Source: Octopus bimaculoides (taxonomy: Eukaryota). Taken from it: a stretch of DNA of 64,000 bases. Numbering within the stretch: the first letter of the stretch is position 1; each line of letters starts with the position of its first letter. The notes below the pieces were generated by a model. The model was not told where the DNA came from. It did no database searches and worked only from the letters and a program-made list of their open reading frames with translations. The DNA lies in contig NC_069003.1 in the NCBI RefSeq assembly GCF_001194135.2, forward strand, positions 32,937,051 to 33,001,050. Direction: 5' to 3'. A program made the position numbers and the translations under genes. Shown in pieces: positions 26,714 through 38,681 of this stretch.

Positions 26714-27196
26714 CTGAATTAAAAAGGGAAGAGATTAGTTTAAGACAAATCATAATCAGAAAAAGATTCTACAAAACAGATTTCATATAAAAGTACAAAA
26801 AAAAAAAATTCTATATTGTTATACTTAGGGTAAGGCCATATTTTGCCAATTAAACACATACACTATATATTTACTCTTTACTTCAGCTTTATTACCTCAA
26901 CCTTAGCGAAGACGGAGGTATTGTTTTTCAGTTTTGCTCGTTTGTTTGTTTGTTTGTCCATGGACAAGATATTTCAAGAACCGCTGGATGAATTCGGATG
27001 AAACTTTCAGGGATGTTTGGCCTCATGACTGGCACGAACAGATTAGATTTTGGGATCGATTCGATCCTGGACAAGAATTCTGCATTATTTTTCCGTTTTT
27101 TTTACTTAATTTTTGAGTGGTCTTTGTGTTTAATCAGAGTTGACCAGAGGTCACATAACAACAACAACAACAACACCTAAACTAGAAATTACTTAC

Positions 27197-27295
27197 AGTC
27201 CCAAAGGCATGGATATCACATTCGGCATTAATCAAGGCTTGAGCAACGCATGGATGTCCATGGTAAGCAGCAAACATCAAAGGAGTAAAATCAGC
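27197..27295 (-). CDS. Ankyrin-repeat protein, coding exon 4 (ADFTPLMFAAYHGHPCVAQALINAECDIHAFGT)
   Basis: 99 nt, phase 0/0, tttag acceptor and gtaagt donor; TPLxxAAxxGH ankyrin consensus. Confidence 0.92.
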
Positions 27296-27604
27296 CTAAA
27301 TTTGGGGAAAAAAACAGGAAATTAATTAGAGACCAATTCTCTGTAAATGGAACTAAACATTTTTTCTAAAATTCAATCTAAAATTAAATTTAAATTCATT
27401 AATAACTCTGATAACATTGCAAATCCCCCCCCCCCCNNNNNNNNNNNNNNNNNNNNNNNNNNNNNNNNNNACATCAATCTGTCTTCTCTGCCCACTATTC
27501 CTAAGAGGGTTATGGGATTAGAGTCCTAAGGCCCTTCTGCCATAGGGTCCTATCAGAAGCAACCGCCATTACATTTTCCAGCTGGATTTCCAAGTGTGAC
27601 CAAT

Positions 27605-27730
27605 TTAGTCCATAGACATTGTCCAACCATCTTGGTCTTGGTTTATTCCTACAGCACAGCTTGAAGAATCCCTCTTGCGATTCTTTCCTGCAAACATTTT
27701 GACCACATACCTATAGCACTGGAGCTGTGA
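27605..27730 (-). mobile_element. RTE LINE 3' remnant in an ankyrin-gene intron
   Basis: Frameshifted ERIARGILQAVL...KPRPRWLDNV resembles the RTE motif G.R.RGRP..RW.D.V. Confidence 0.55.
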
Positions 27731-30232
27731 CCTCTCAATGCAGAGAAATAGCAGCAAATAACAATCAAATAGAAAATGATTGTTATTTAAATCTATCAAA
27801 TCATTAATAATTATAATTAGCAACTGGTAATTATAATTCAATGATTTTAAAATTCACCATGCTGGTGCCATGTAAAAAGCACCTGTGCTGGTGTTACATT
27901 AAAAGCACCCAGTACACTCTGTTAAGAGGGTGGTTTGGCATTAAGAAGGGCATCTGGACATAGAAAACATGCCAAAACAGAGGACTGGAACCTTGCTAGC
28001 TCTTGTCAAACCGTTTAACCCATGTCAGCATGAAAATGGGCATTAAATGATGATGATGACGATGATGATGACGATGACGATGATGATGATGATGAAAATT
28101 AATAAATATCATAAATTGTCTATCAGATTATTTTTTTCGTGTGTCTTGTATAGTGTACAAAATGCTAAGTATAACTCCATTTTTGCATATGCATAGTCAA
28201 ATGATTCTAAAGGGTTGTAGATGTTTGGCCAGTGCATGAATTTCATACAGTTGGCAACTTCCATTTTTATACATAACTCATAAACCAAGCAGAATCTTCC
28301 ACTAATGTCTTTTATCTTTTATTTGTTTCAATTGTTGGAATGTGGCCATACTGGGGCACCACCTTGAGAGGTTTTAGTTGAACAATTCAATACCAGTATT
28401 TATTTTTTAAAGTGCAGTACTTATTCAAACTCAGAACATAAAGACAGACAAAATGTCACTAAGCCATTTTGCCCAGCTATCTATTCTGCCAGCTCACCAT
28501 CTTGCATATATAATCATGGCCAAAAGTTTGGAACATTTTTATAAAAACTAAAATTGTTATGGCCACATACAATTCGATTCAAATATATACAACGTATGTA
28601 TATATTTGGGTATTTAATATAAAAATTCTAATTTTCAGACCTATGTTGCAGACTTTAGGCCATGACTGTACACATCATTACTATAGCAGCTGTGACTCTT
28701 ATAAATGCTTTTCACTCTCTCTATGCATCTCTGTCTGTCATAAATTTTTTGTTTTCTTTTTCACTTCCAACTCTTTACTTTGTTTTCTTTTCAACTCCTC
28801 TTTTATTTATTTATTTTTTTTTTTGTAACTGTCTATTCCCATTCTCCCTCATTTTCACACATCTTTATAAAGAGATGGAAATCATTTCTTTCTGTGTTAC
28901 TAAAATAAGCAACAAATTCTTCTGTTTTGAAAGTCCCGAGACCTAGAAATATACTAGAAGTTATTTTAGGCAAAGGGTTTGTGTTTAAGATTATGTTAGT
29001 ATGTTAGTTGAAACCTGCTTTTTTGCTAATATCCTGACAGACACAAACAGAAATACAGATTCTGATTGTTAATAGTATATAGATAATTAGAAAGTGTAAT
29101 ACTTTTGCTGTACGTTTTAAAACTCTACATGAAATATGAAATTGCCACATTAAGACACACACACACAAGCATATAATACATTAATCAAGGGAAACAACCC
29201 CAATAATATTGACATTATTTTTTTTTTTTGCTTGACATGAAATATATAAATGTACAATGGCATTTATTACAAGAGGGATAAGTTTTCTGAGATAATCATC
29301 ACCCAACATATTTGATATTATAGAGATATAAAGATTTCAGGAAAAAACAAAAAAAAAATGCCTTCCATCCTATGATGTATGAAGAACAAAAATTTCCCAA
29401 AATGGAGTTTATTAATTTGTTGCAATGAAGAGAAGAGATCTTGCACTTTCAACAGGGTCTTTCACCTGATGAAAAGATCTTCTCCAGTGAAGGGCCCAGT
29501 CTGAACTGTCAGATCTCTCCTCTTCCACACAGCAAACTAACTTATTCTCCGCTTTGTGAACTTTTTGTACTTACTGTTCGCTGGCACAGGCCAATTGTTA
29601 GTTGCCATGGAGTCTGCCATTTCACTTATATGTATGAAGAAAACAACCAATTATTAGAGTAAATTCATTTGAACATTTTTGTACATATTAATCATATCGT
29701 TAATATGTAAATGAGAGAAAAGATTTAATTATGAATGCTTAGTTCTACAGATTAGTACCAGTCAATACCAGTCAATACAAGTCAATCAACAGACTTTGCA
29801 GCATTAGTTTGATTCATTTGAGTAACGTATTAGGGCAAAGCACTGAGACTATAAAACAACACAGTTGTATATTAAACAATATTAAAATCTTGCTAGAAAT
29901 ATCACTTAACTCTTAGACAGTGACAAAATAATGTCTATTGTTATTATTTCACAATTAAAAAAATTATAAGCCATGCTAATTAATCACAACAATAGTTTAA
30001 TAATATTTTTAGTAATCAGCTGACTCCATCTCTGCCTATAGGATGTAAAACTCTTAAAATAAATTTAATAATTTACAAAAAAAAATGTTTAAAAAGAAAA
30101 AAAGGACAGCTTATTAAACATAAGCATAGCTCAAAAAGCACTTTTCTACCTGCTGACATTGTCCAGAGGCAAAGCATGCGTCTAGGTTGGCAGCAGACCA
30201 AGAAACCGTGCTTCTCTTACCAATTTGCTTAC

Positions 30233-30361
30233 CTCCCCTTCATCGCTGCTCTTCGCATTAACATCAGAGCCTTTTGCGATAAAGAGGTTGGCAATTTTGC
30301 CAAGCTTACTTTCGTCATCTTCAGGACTCCGACAAGTCTCGTGTAAAGCAGACCTTTCATC
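30233..30361 (-). CDS. Ankyrin-repeat protein, coding exon 3 (DERSALHETCRSPEDDESKLGKIANLFIAKGSDVNAKSSDEGE)
   Basis: 129 nt, phase 0/0, ttttgtag acceptor and gtaag donor; ankyrin repeat with an acidic insertion (SPEDDES). Confidence 0.9.
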
Positions 30362-30424
30362 CTACAAAAGAAAAGGAAAGAAAATGAACTGAAGTTAAAA
30401 TATGTACTTTTCAATAAAGAAAAA

Positions 30425-30460
30425 AAAGTAGAAGTAGTAATGGCGGTGGTGGTGGTGGTT

Positions 30461-30494
<34 letters not shown>

Positions 30495-30707
30495 GGCAGT
30501 GGAGGCTTAGTAGTAGTGGTAGTAGTAGTGGTGATGGTGGTGGTTTAGTAGTAGTAGTGGTAGTAGTGGTGGTGGTGGTGGTTTAGTAGTAGTAGTGGTA
30601 GTGGTGTAGTAGTAGTAGTAGTTGTGGTGGTGGTGGTGGTGGTTTAGTAGTAGTAGTGGTGGTGGTGGCAGTGGAGGTTTAGTGGTAGTGGTGTAGTAGT
30701 AGTGGTG
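30425..30707. repeat. Mixed (TAG)/(TGG) trinucleotide tract with higher-order ~30-36 bp periodicity, running into a gap
   Basis: Directly visible; lies ~60 nt upstream of the acceptor of ankyrin coding exon 3. Confidence 0.9.
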
Positions 30708-32131
30708 NNNNNNNNNNNNNNNNNNNNNNNNNNNNNNNNNNNNNNNNNNNNNNNNNNNNNNNNNNNNNNNNNNNNNNNNNNNNNNNNNNNNNNNNNNNNN
30801 NNNNNNNNNNNNNNNNNNNNNNNNNNNNNNNNNNNNNNNNNNNNNNNNNNNNNNNNNNNNNNNNNNNNNNNNNNNNNNNNNNNNNNNNNNNNNNNNNNNN
30901 NNNNNNNNNNNNNNNNNNNNNNNNNNNNNNNNNNNNNNNNNNNNNNNNNNNNNNNNNNNNNNNNNNNNNNNNNNNNNNNNNNNNNNNNNNNNNNNNNNNN
31001 NNNNNNNNNNNNNNNNNNNNNNNNNNNNNNNNNNNNNNNNNNNNNNNNNNNNNNNNNNNNNNNNNNNNNNNNNNNNNNNNNNNNNNNNNNNNNNNNNNNN
31101 NNNNNNNNNNNNNNNNNNNNNNNNNNNNNNNNNNNNNNNNNNNNNNNNNNNNNNNNNNNNNNNNNNNNNNNNNNNNNNNNNNNNNNNNNNNNNNNNNNNN
31201 NNNNNNNNNNNNNNNNNNNNNNNNNNNNNNNNNNNNNNNNNNNNNNNNNNNNNNNNNNNNNNNNNNNNNNNNNNNNNNNNNNNNNNNNNNNNNNNNGCCA
31301 ATGCCCATACTGGTGGCACATAAAAAGCACCATTTGAGTGTGGCCGATGCCAGTTCTGCCTGAATGGCACTCGTGCCAGTGACATGTAGAAAACACCATT
31401 TGAGTGTGGCCAATGCCAGTACTGCCTGACTGGCTCCCATACTGGTGGTACATAAAAGCATCCGCTACACTCTCAGAGTGATTGGTGTTAGGAAGGGCAT
31501 CCAACTGTAGAAACCTTGCCAGATCAGATTGGTGCCTGCTGCAGCCTCCTGGCTTGCCAGTTCTCAGTCAAACCGTCCAACCCATGCCAGCATGGAAAGC
31601 GGAGGTTAAACAACAATAAACAATGATGAGTGAACTCAAGGACACAAGGACACAAGGCACTGCAGGGTATCAAATTCACATCCTTACAATCTTGAGTTGA
31701 AAACCCTAACCACTGAGCCATAAGCCTCCATGGAGTCCACCCATAGTGACAAACCTTATTGTTTGATACTACTGCAATATGGCTGATGGTTGGGGGGTTT
31801 TTTTTTTTTTTTTGTGGAACTTAGAAAATTTTGTCATGGACTCTCCATTTGAGAACTACAGTCCTGGAGGCATAAAAGACTCTGAATAAAACAAACAATT
31901 CTAGGATAATTACAAACCTTATCTTGGACGTTTATTTCTGAACCATTTTCCATCAAAATATCGATAATTTCAGTGTGACCTTTCATGGCAGCATGATGTA
32001 ACGGAAGATTGCCACGCTAGAGAAAATGAAAAAGAAAAACACAATTAAATATTTCCTTTCTATTATATGCTCATATATCCAATTGAACAAAGTTTATTTT
32101 AAACAAAAACATGACTATTTTAAAACACCAG

Positions 32132-32215
<84 letters not shown>

Positions 32216-32689
32216 GTGATGTAGTCTATTGTCCTCCATTTAAAAAATACCACTAAATTTTAATCATTTAGTTATGGAAATTACCAGTCAACAATTGGCA
32301 AAATCCTCTTTGTATATATATCATTTAGTCATTTTATTGTAAATGTTTTTTTAAACTAACTTTTCTTTAAGCAATTCTTTAACTACAACCATCCCATCAC
32401 AGCATAGCCATCTCATTTCACATATATGCTTGATGTCTTGTCAGATCCAGATGATGAGAACAAAGTCTAAAACAGGAAATAACTAAGAATGTTTCCAAAC
32501 AGGTGTTTTTAGTATTGCTGTTTTTTTTGTAATATAAAGTAATAAAAAACCAAACAAATGGTTGGAGATTCAGAATGTGCTAGTCCCTCGGAGTTTAACG
32601 AGGCCAAATTTAAGCAGTCTAACCTGTACAAGCATTTATCTCACTCCACTATTTTCTCATTTCTATAAAGTTTTATCTGGAAAACTTAC

Positions 32690-32785
32690 ATTGTCTTTTA
32701 CATTAACTTTGCTACCAGCTTCCAGCAACATGTTCACAATTTCTATTTTCCCTTGAGACGCCACATGGATAGGACAGCAGTCATG
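32690..32785 (-). CDS. Ankyrin-repeat protein, coding exon 2 (HDCCPIHVASQGKIEIVNMLLEAGSKVNVKDN)
   Basis: 96 nt, phase 0/0, ttcag acceptor and gtaag donor; canonical ankyrin pattern PIHxA..G..EIV..LL..G..VN.KD. Confidence 0.92.
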
Positions 32786-33055
32786 CTGAAATTAAAAAAA
32801 TAAAATAGAAAAAGAAAAGAACTTATTATTTCACATTTATTTAACCATTTAGCATTTAAACCAGCCATATCTGGTCCAAATATTCTACTTGTTTTATGAT
32901 AAAAGATCCAACTTCTCACACCTACCCTACAATGTCATACTAAAAATACACAAGCACACAACTGAAACTACAAGGTAATGTGTGATTAATTCAAAACAAT
33001 GTGAATAAATGAGCAATAAACTGGACAAAGAAACCTGAATACTAAAGAGTTAAAT

Positions 33056-33313
33056 CAATGATTCTCAACCATTCCCTACCTATGAACCCCTTTGATTCCT
33101 ATTTTATTTGGGTGGGCCCCTTCTAGCCATTTCATGTTTAAAAATATCCCTTTTATATTTTTTAATCAAATATTATTAGGAATCTTATAAAAAAAAATGG
33201 TTGAAATATTTTGTGTATTGTAGAAGTTTGACCAATTTATTGTGCATAAATTTTAACAGCGAAATCTTATGTGGACCCCTAAGAATGATATGGACTCCAG
33301 TTGAGAACCACTG
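33056..33313. mobile_element. Older hAT-type MITE
   Basis: Imperfect TIR CAATGATTCTCAAC / GTTGAGAACCACTG; TSD AGTTAAAT vs ATTTAAAC (6/8). Confidence 0.65.
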
Positions 33314-33354
33314 ATTTAAACCAGTGATTTCCAAAGCAAATTCAAAGCAACTAT

Positions 33355-33403
<49 letters not shown>

Positions 33404-33720
33404 CTTGTCTTTGAGTCTGTGTTTGTCCCCCATCACCACTTCACAACTAGTGTTGGTGTGTCTCCATAACTTAGCGTTTCGGCAAATAAGTATCAGGTTA
33501 TAAAGAAAAATAAGGTACTAGGGTCAATTCATTTGACTAAAATTCTTTAAGGCGGTGCTCCAGTATGGCCACAGTCTAATGACTGAAACAAGTAAAAGAT
33601 AAAAGATATCTCATATGGACGCCAGGGAAATATGTCCTGTTCATCACAAGTGAGAAAGACACAGGAAAGACAAAGGGTTGAGACATACAGCTAACTCTCA
33701 CCTTTTGACCTCATAGCTAC

Positions 33721-34091
33721 ATCATCATCATCATCATCATCGTTTAACGTCCGCTTTCCATGCTAGCATGGGTTGGACGATTTGACTGAGGACTGGTGAA
33801 ACCGGATGGCAACACCAGGCTCCAATCTAAATTTGGCAGAGTTTCTACAGCTGGATGCCCTTCCTAACGCCAACCACTCAGAGAGTGTAGTAGGTGCTTT
33901 TACGTGTCACCAGCACGAAGGCCAGTCAGGCGATACTGGCAACGGCCACGCTCGAAATGGTGTCTTTTATGTGCCACCCACACAAGCCAGTCCAGGGGCA
34001 CTGGCAACGATCTCGCTCGAAAATCCTACGGAAGCCAGTCAGGCAGTACTGGCAACGGCCACGCTCAAAATGGTGCATCTTATGTGCCACC
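33721..34091 (-). mobile_element. Second copy of the same RTE 3'-end family
   Basis: Nearly identical to 5118-5470 by eye, including the (ATC)n end. Confidence 0.8.
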
Positions 34092-34121
34092 TCAATTATT
34101 TTTTATCCATTAAAATTCCAC

Positions 34122-34156
<35 letters not shown>

Positions 34157-35305
34157 CATACACACACACAAATACATGGTGCCCTGAGGAAATGATTTCA
34201 CACCTGATTTCTAAAAATAAAATCATTTACAATTTGCTTCTAATTCATCATACACACCTGGCTTAGCAATATCACAAGACACACACACACATACACATCC
34301 ATCTACCTTCACACACAAACACACACATAAACACTGAATGAATATAAAAGCCAAATAAATCCAAGGGAAACCAAGGAAGCTATAAACAAACAATCCTACT
34401 TTGCCCCCCCCCCTCCCCACCAACACCTAGTAGAAAACTTCCCAACACATACATGCCATCTTTGAATACTATATAACCTCTTATATAAAATCATTGGCCA
34501 CATTGAGATAGTGAACTGTCCCCAGCACCTCACACCTCAGGATGATCCCAGGATTGAAAATCTGCCCTTCATTTATTCTTGAACATCCACCATTGGGATC
34601 AGGTCTGGATGAGGATTTCCAACCCATGCCAGCATGGAAAGTGAACGTTAAACGATAATGATGATGATGATGATGATGATATCAGCTTTCTGTGTTCAAA
34701 GGATTAAAATGAACTCAAAAATCATTATACAGGGGAATTCAACGATTTCAGTTATTGTGAGGCATGAAAAATCCCTTATTTAATGGTTTGCCCTTCAAAT
34801 GAGAGTGCAGGAGGGATGGAAAAAGTGGTGCTGTTGCTTGGGCTGTAGATGAATGTATACTTATGCCACAGCCCAGGAGGTAACACCACTTTCTCTTCTC
34901 TGCTCACAGCAAGTGAACTTATTAAACTTTCTTAAGACAAATTGTTTTCCATTTGAATAATTATAGCCAAAGCACATCACTGCAACTTTCTTTGGATTCC
35001 CAATCTTCCAATGAATTACGTATTAATTACATATTAATTAGCAATCTTCCAACTAGAGTAATTGCATCCTGCTATGTAAAATTACTGTCTTATAATTGCA
35101 AATGAAGACCATAGGATGAAAAGCCAATGTTTACATCTCTATTTATAGTTTTCATGTACAACTTATTAATGAATGGTTGAAAAGTGGAATGCAAGTCTTG
35201 ATTAATTCAAAATAACATGAATAAATAATCATTACATTTGATAGAATAATCTGAATGCTAAAAGGTTAAAAGAACAACAATGTGAACAGACAGGATCAAA
35301 CTTAC

Positions 35306-35425
35306 CGTATATGACACCCAGTTTACATCAACAGAACCTTCCTCCAAGAATTTCCTTACTTCTGAAATACGACCGTAACCACATGATTCCCAAAATTTCT
35401 CTTGTCTGCTGACTGCTTGACCCAT
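35306..35425 (-). CDS. Ankyrin-repeat protein, coding exon 1 (MGQAVSRQEKFWESCGYGRISEVRKFLEEGSVDVNWVSYT)
   Basis: ATG at 35425, 120 nt, gtaag donor at 35305-35301; tttgtttag acceptor 19 nt upstream (35445-35446) implies an earlier non-coding exon. First ankyrin-like repeat. Confidence 0.88.
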
Positions 35426-36533
35426 GTTTGTGTTTGTTAATCACCTAAACAAAGATGTATTATTTTGAGAATAACATTCAAAATACCTCAAGATAGTGAA
35501 TTAAAACAATAAACTCTTTCATCAGTTCCATAGTATAACTGACAGATAAGGCAACAAGCAAGACTCAAGCTAGAAATAGTAGTCAAATTTTTGTTAAATC
35601 ACATTTAACTCTTTTAAGAAAGAGGTTTTACATTATATACAATATATTTTCTGGCATACAAACTGAATTTTTTATAACAAAATTTACAACCAAAAAGAAG
35701 TTGGAACTGCAAGGTATGGCCCTGCAGTAGATAGAGATATGACATATCTTGGAACAATGAATTTGTATAAACTACAGAGTGAGAGAGAAAATGCCATCTG
35801 GAGTTTGTACAATAAGTACTTGGTTATTGTACAAAACTACATACATTCTATAATCTTTTTGACCAAGACTGACTTCGAACAAAACAAAAAGATGGTTCTC
35901 CATTAAGCAGAGTTATGGAACATCTTGGAACAACACATCTGTGGATAATAACTAGTTTTTCTACTGACTGACTGATGCAGATCTGCAAGAAATAGTAGCC
36001 AAAAATACCCCCATATCAGACCCTACTGAGTTAAATAAAAACAGGCAGGATACATTACATATTGAAGTCTTCAGACACCCTTAATCCCCAAAAGGGCAGG
36101 ATAGTCACACTGGAATGCACCTTAATCAATCAGAACTGACCTGATGCTAAACAACAAGAAAAGGAAGACTCCCTTCAATCATGAATGACCATGGAATTGC
36201 AGTTAGAAAGTTCCCCCACTGGGTACGAGTCCGGGCAAATTTGTTTTAAGGAAGACCAGCAGTTGCCAATGCATACTAGCACCCCACCTCTCTCCATGCC
36301 ATCGATGTTGTCCAAGGGAAAGACAAAGGCCGATACAAAAGATGAATGAACTGGAGCAACGTGACATAAAGTGTCTTGCTCAAGAACACAACAACCACCA
36401 GAAAAAGACTGGACAGTGAAGAGGATATCACATGTCGAAATCGTCACATTGTACATGCTCACCTGTGATATTACATTACACAATGTGTATGTAATATTGT
36501 TCTCAGCAAGGTGACAGCATGATATATATCTAG

Positions 36534-36973
36534 ATGTGCGTGAGAAGACCCGGCAAGCCAAGTGAGATCGTTGCCAGGGCCCCTGGACTGGCTCTTGTGC
36601 GGGTGGCACATAAGATGCACCATTTTGAGCGTGGCCGTTGTCAGTACCGCCTGACTGCCCTTCGTAGGATTTTCGAGCGAGACCATTGCCAGTGCCCCTG
36701 GACTGGCTCTTGTGCAGGTGGCACATAAAAGACACCATTTCGAGCGTGGCCGTTGCCAGTACCGCCTGACTGGCCTTCGTGTGGGTGACACGTAAAAGCA
36801 CCCACTACACTCTCTGAGTGGTTGGCGTTAGGAAGGGCATCCAGCTGTAGAAACTCTGCCAAATTAGATTGGAGCCTGGTGTTGCCATCCGGTTTCACCA
36901 GTCCTCAGTCAAATCGTCCAACCCATGCTAGCATGGAAAGCGGACGTTAAACGATGATGATGATGATGATGAT
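36534..36973 (+). mobile_element. Third copy of the RTE 3'-end family
   Basis: Reverse complement of the 5118 and 33721 copies; ends ...aaagcggacgttaaacgatgatgatg. Confidence 0.8.
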
Positions 36974-37165
36974 AACACCTGTGGGTCACACATAAGGCTA
37001 TACAACAATCGCTCTAAGTGTCAGGTCATTCCTTACCTTGCCCTATACTGGGTGCATTGGCAACAAGGAAGAGCATCCAGCCAAAGAAACAAAGCTCAAA
37101 ATATAACACATAAGCAAGACGTAGCCCCTGGCTCAAGCATGATAAGTGCCCCTTTAACATGTGGT

Positions 37166-37217
37166 CTAACCCTAACCCTAACCCCTAATCCTACTCCTAA
37201 ACCCTAAGTCGCCCTAA
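37166..37217 (+). repeat. Short degenerate (CCCTAA)n telomere-like tract
   Basis: ctaa ccctaa ccctaa cccctaa tcctac tcctaa accctaa gtcg ccctaa. Confidence 0.6.
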
Positions 37218-38649
37218 TTGAACAAACCTATGATAAAAAGCACTCTATCCTTGGCCAATTAGTCTTTCAAAGGCTACATCATCAAATATGTCCATCATAT
37301 TTTTAAAAGTAGTACGGTGCAAATAGAAGAAAATTTTGCTGTTATTTCTAGCAAGTTGAGTGGACATGCACAGGTTCCCTTGCTGTATAGATACATACAC
37401 ACCCAACCACCAACACACACACACACCATCATCATTATCATAATCATCAACTGAATGTAAAAAGAGATATAAGGATAAAATATCTTTTTTTACAAAAAAG
37501 GGTCACCTTATATTCGAGATCCCATTGTAGTCCAGTAAATAATGGTATACAGGTACTGCCAAATGAAATGGAATTCTTAAAAATGAAAGTAATGGTTTTA
37601 ACACAATCACATCAATTATGCAAAGCACTAGAAAATCACAATACATTAATTAAAACATTCCATTTTTAATTACACTTTACAGTATTGCCTATTGCCTTTA
37701 TATGAATTCATGAATACCAACAGGACACATTCTTCTTGGTAAAATAGTTTTATGAGCAGTATGTAAGAAACATTAAACTTAAAACAAATCAATACTGAAA
37801 AAAAATCTGGAAATTAATTAGCTATCAGCTTAATTAACAATATAAGCAGCTGTAATAATTAGTGATCATTTGCATACTCTGGTTGGTTAGTCGGTTAGTT
37901 ATGTGTTTTGAATGGTGTAAAAGTAATAGGGGTAACAGAAGCAACTTGAGTTATATTTGCTGGTTCAGAATGTTTTCGTGTTCAAATGTCCCTGCTTTCG
38001 AGGGGGGGGGGGGAAATAATAATACAAATAACAAAGAAAGGGGTTTGACTTAATTCAAAAAGCAAGACCTCGCATCAACTACATTTTAAAATACTAATGA
38101 AAATTCCATAAGTGCAAGCTAACAATGAGTGGTAGAATTAGCCCTTTGGCATTTAAACGGATCATATCCGGCCCAAATATTCTGAATGTTCTAGAAAGTT
38201 CAAACCAGTCAGATCTGGCCTTTTATACCTACCCTACAATGTCATTCTGAAAATAACCAATCACATCACTGAAATCTTGAAGTTATGAGATAATCCATGA
38301 TCAATTCAAAACAATGCGAATAAGTTAGCATTACATCTAATCTGAATGCTAAAGGGTTAATCTGTCACTGGCTTTATCGCCTTCATCACAAGGCTTTGTT
38401 GACACAATAGAAACAATTGTTGGCTTTGTATGGTGAATTCTACAATTAAAGATGCGATTTTCTCTATACGTATTTTTGTAATTTATCTATCTACCTATCT
38501 ATTTTTTTCTTTTCACGATCCCTTTTGATCGAGACTCTACCCCCNNNNNNNNNNNNNNNNNNNNNNNNNNNNNNNNNNNNNNNNNNNNNNNNNNNNNNNN
38601 NNNNNNNNNNNNNNNNNNNNNNNNNNNNNNNNNNNNNNNNNNNNAAAGT

Positions 38650-38681
<32 letters not shown>

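Noticed and set aside
26415-29614. Two RFX X-box-like motifs (GTTGCCATGG...) in ankyrin introns
   Set aside because: Both have imperfect second half-sites and are far from any TSS.
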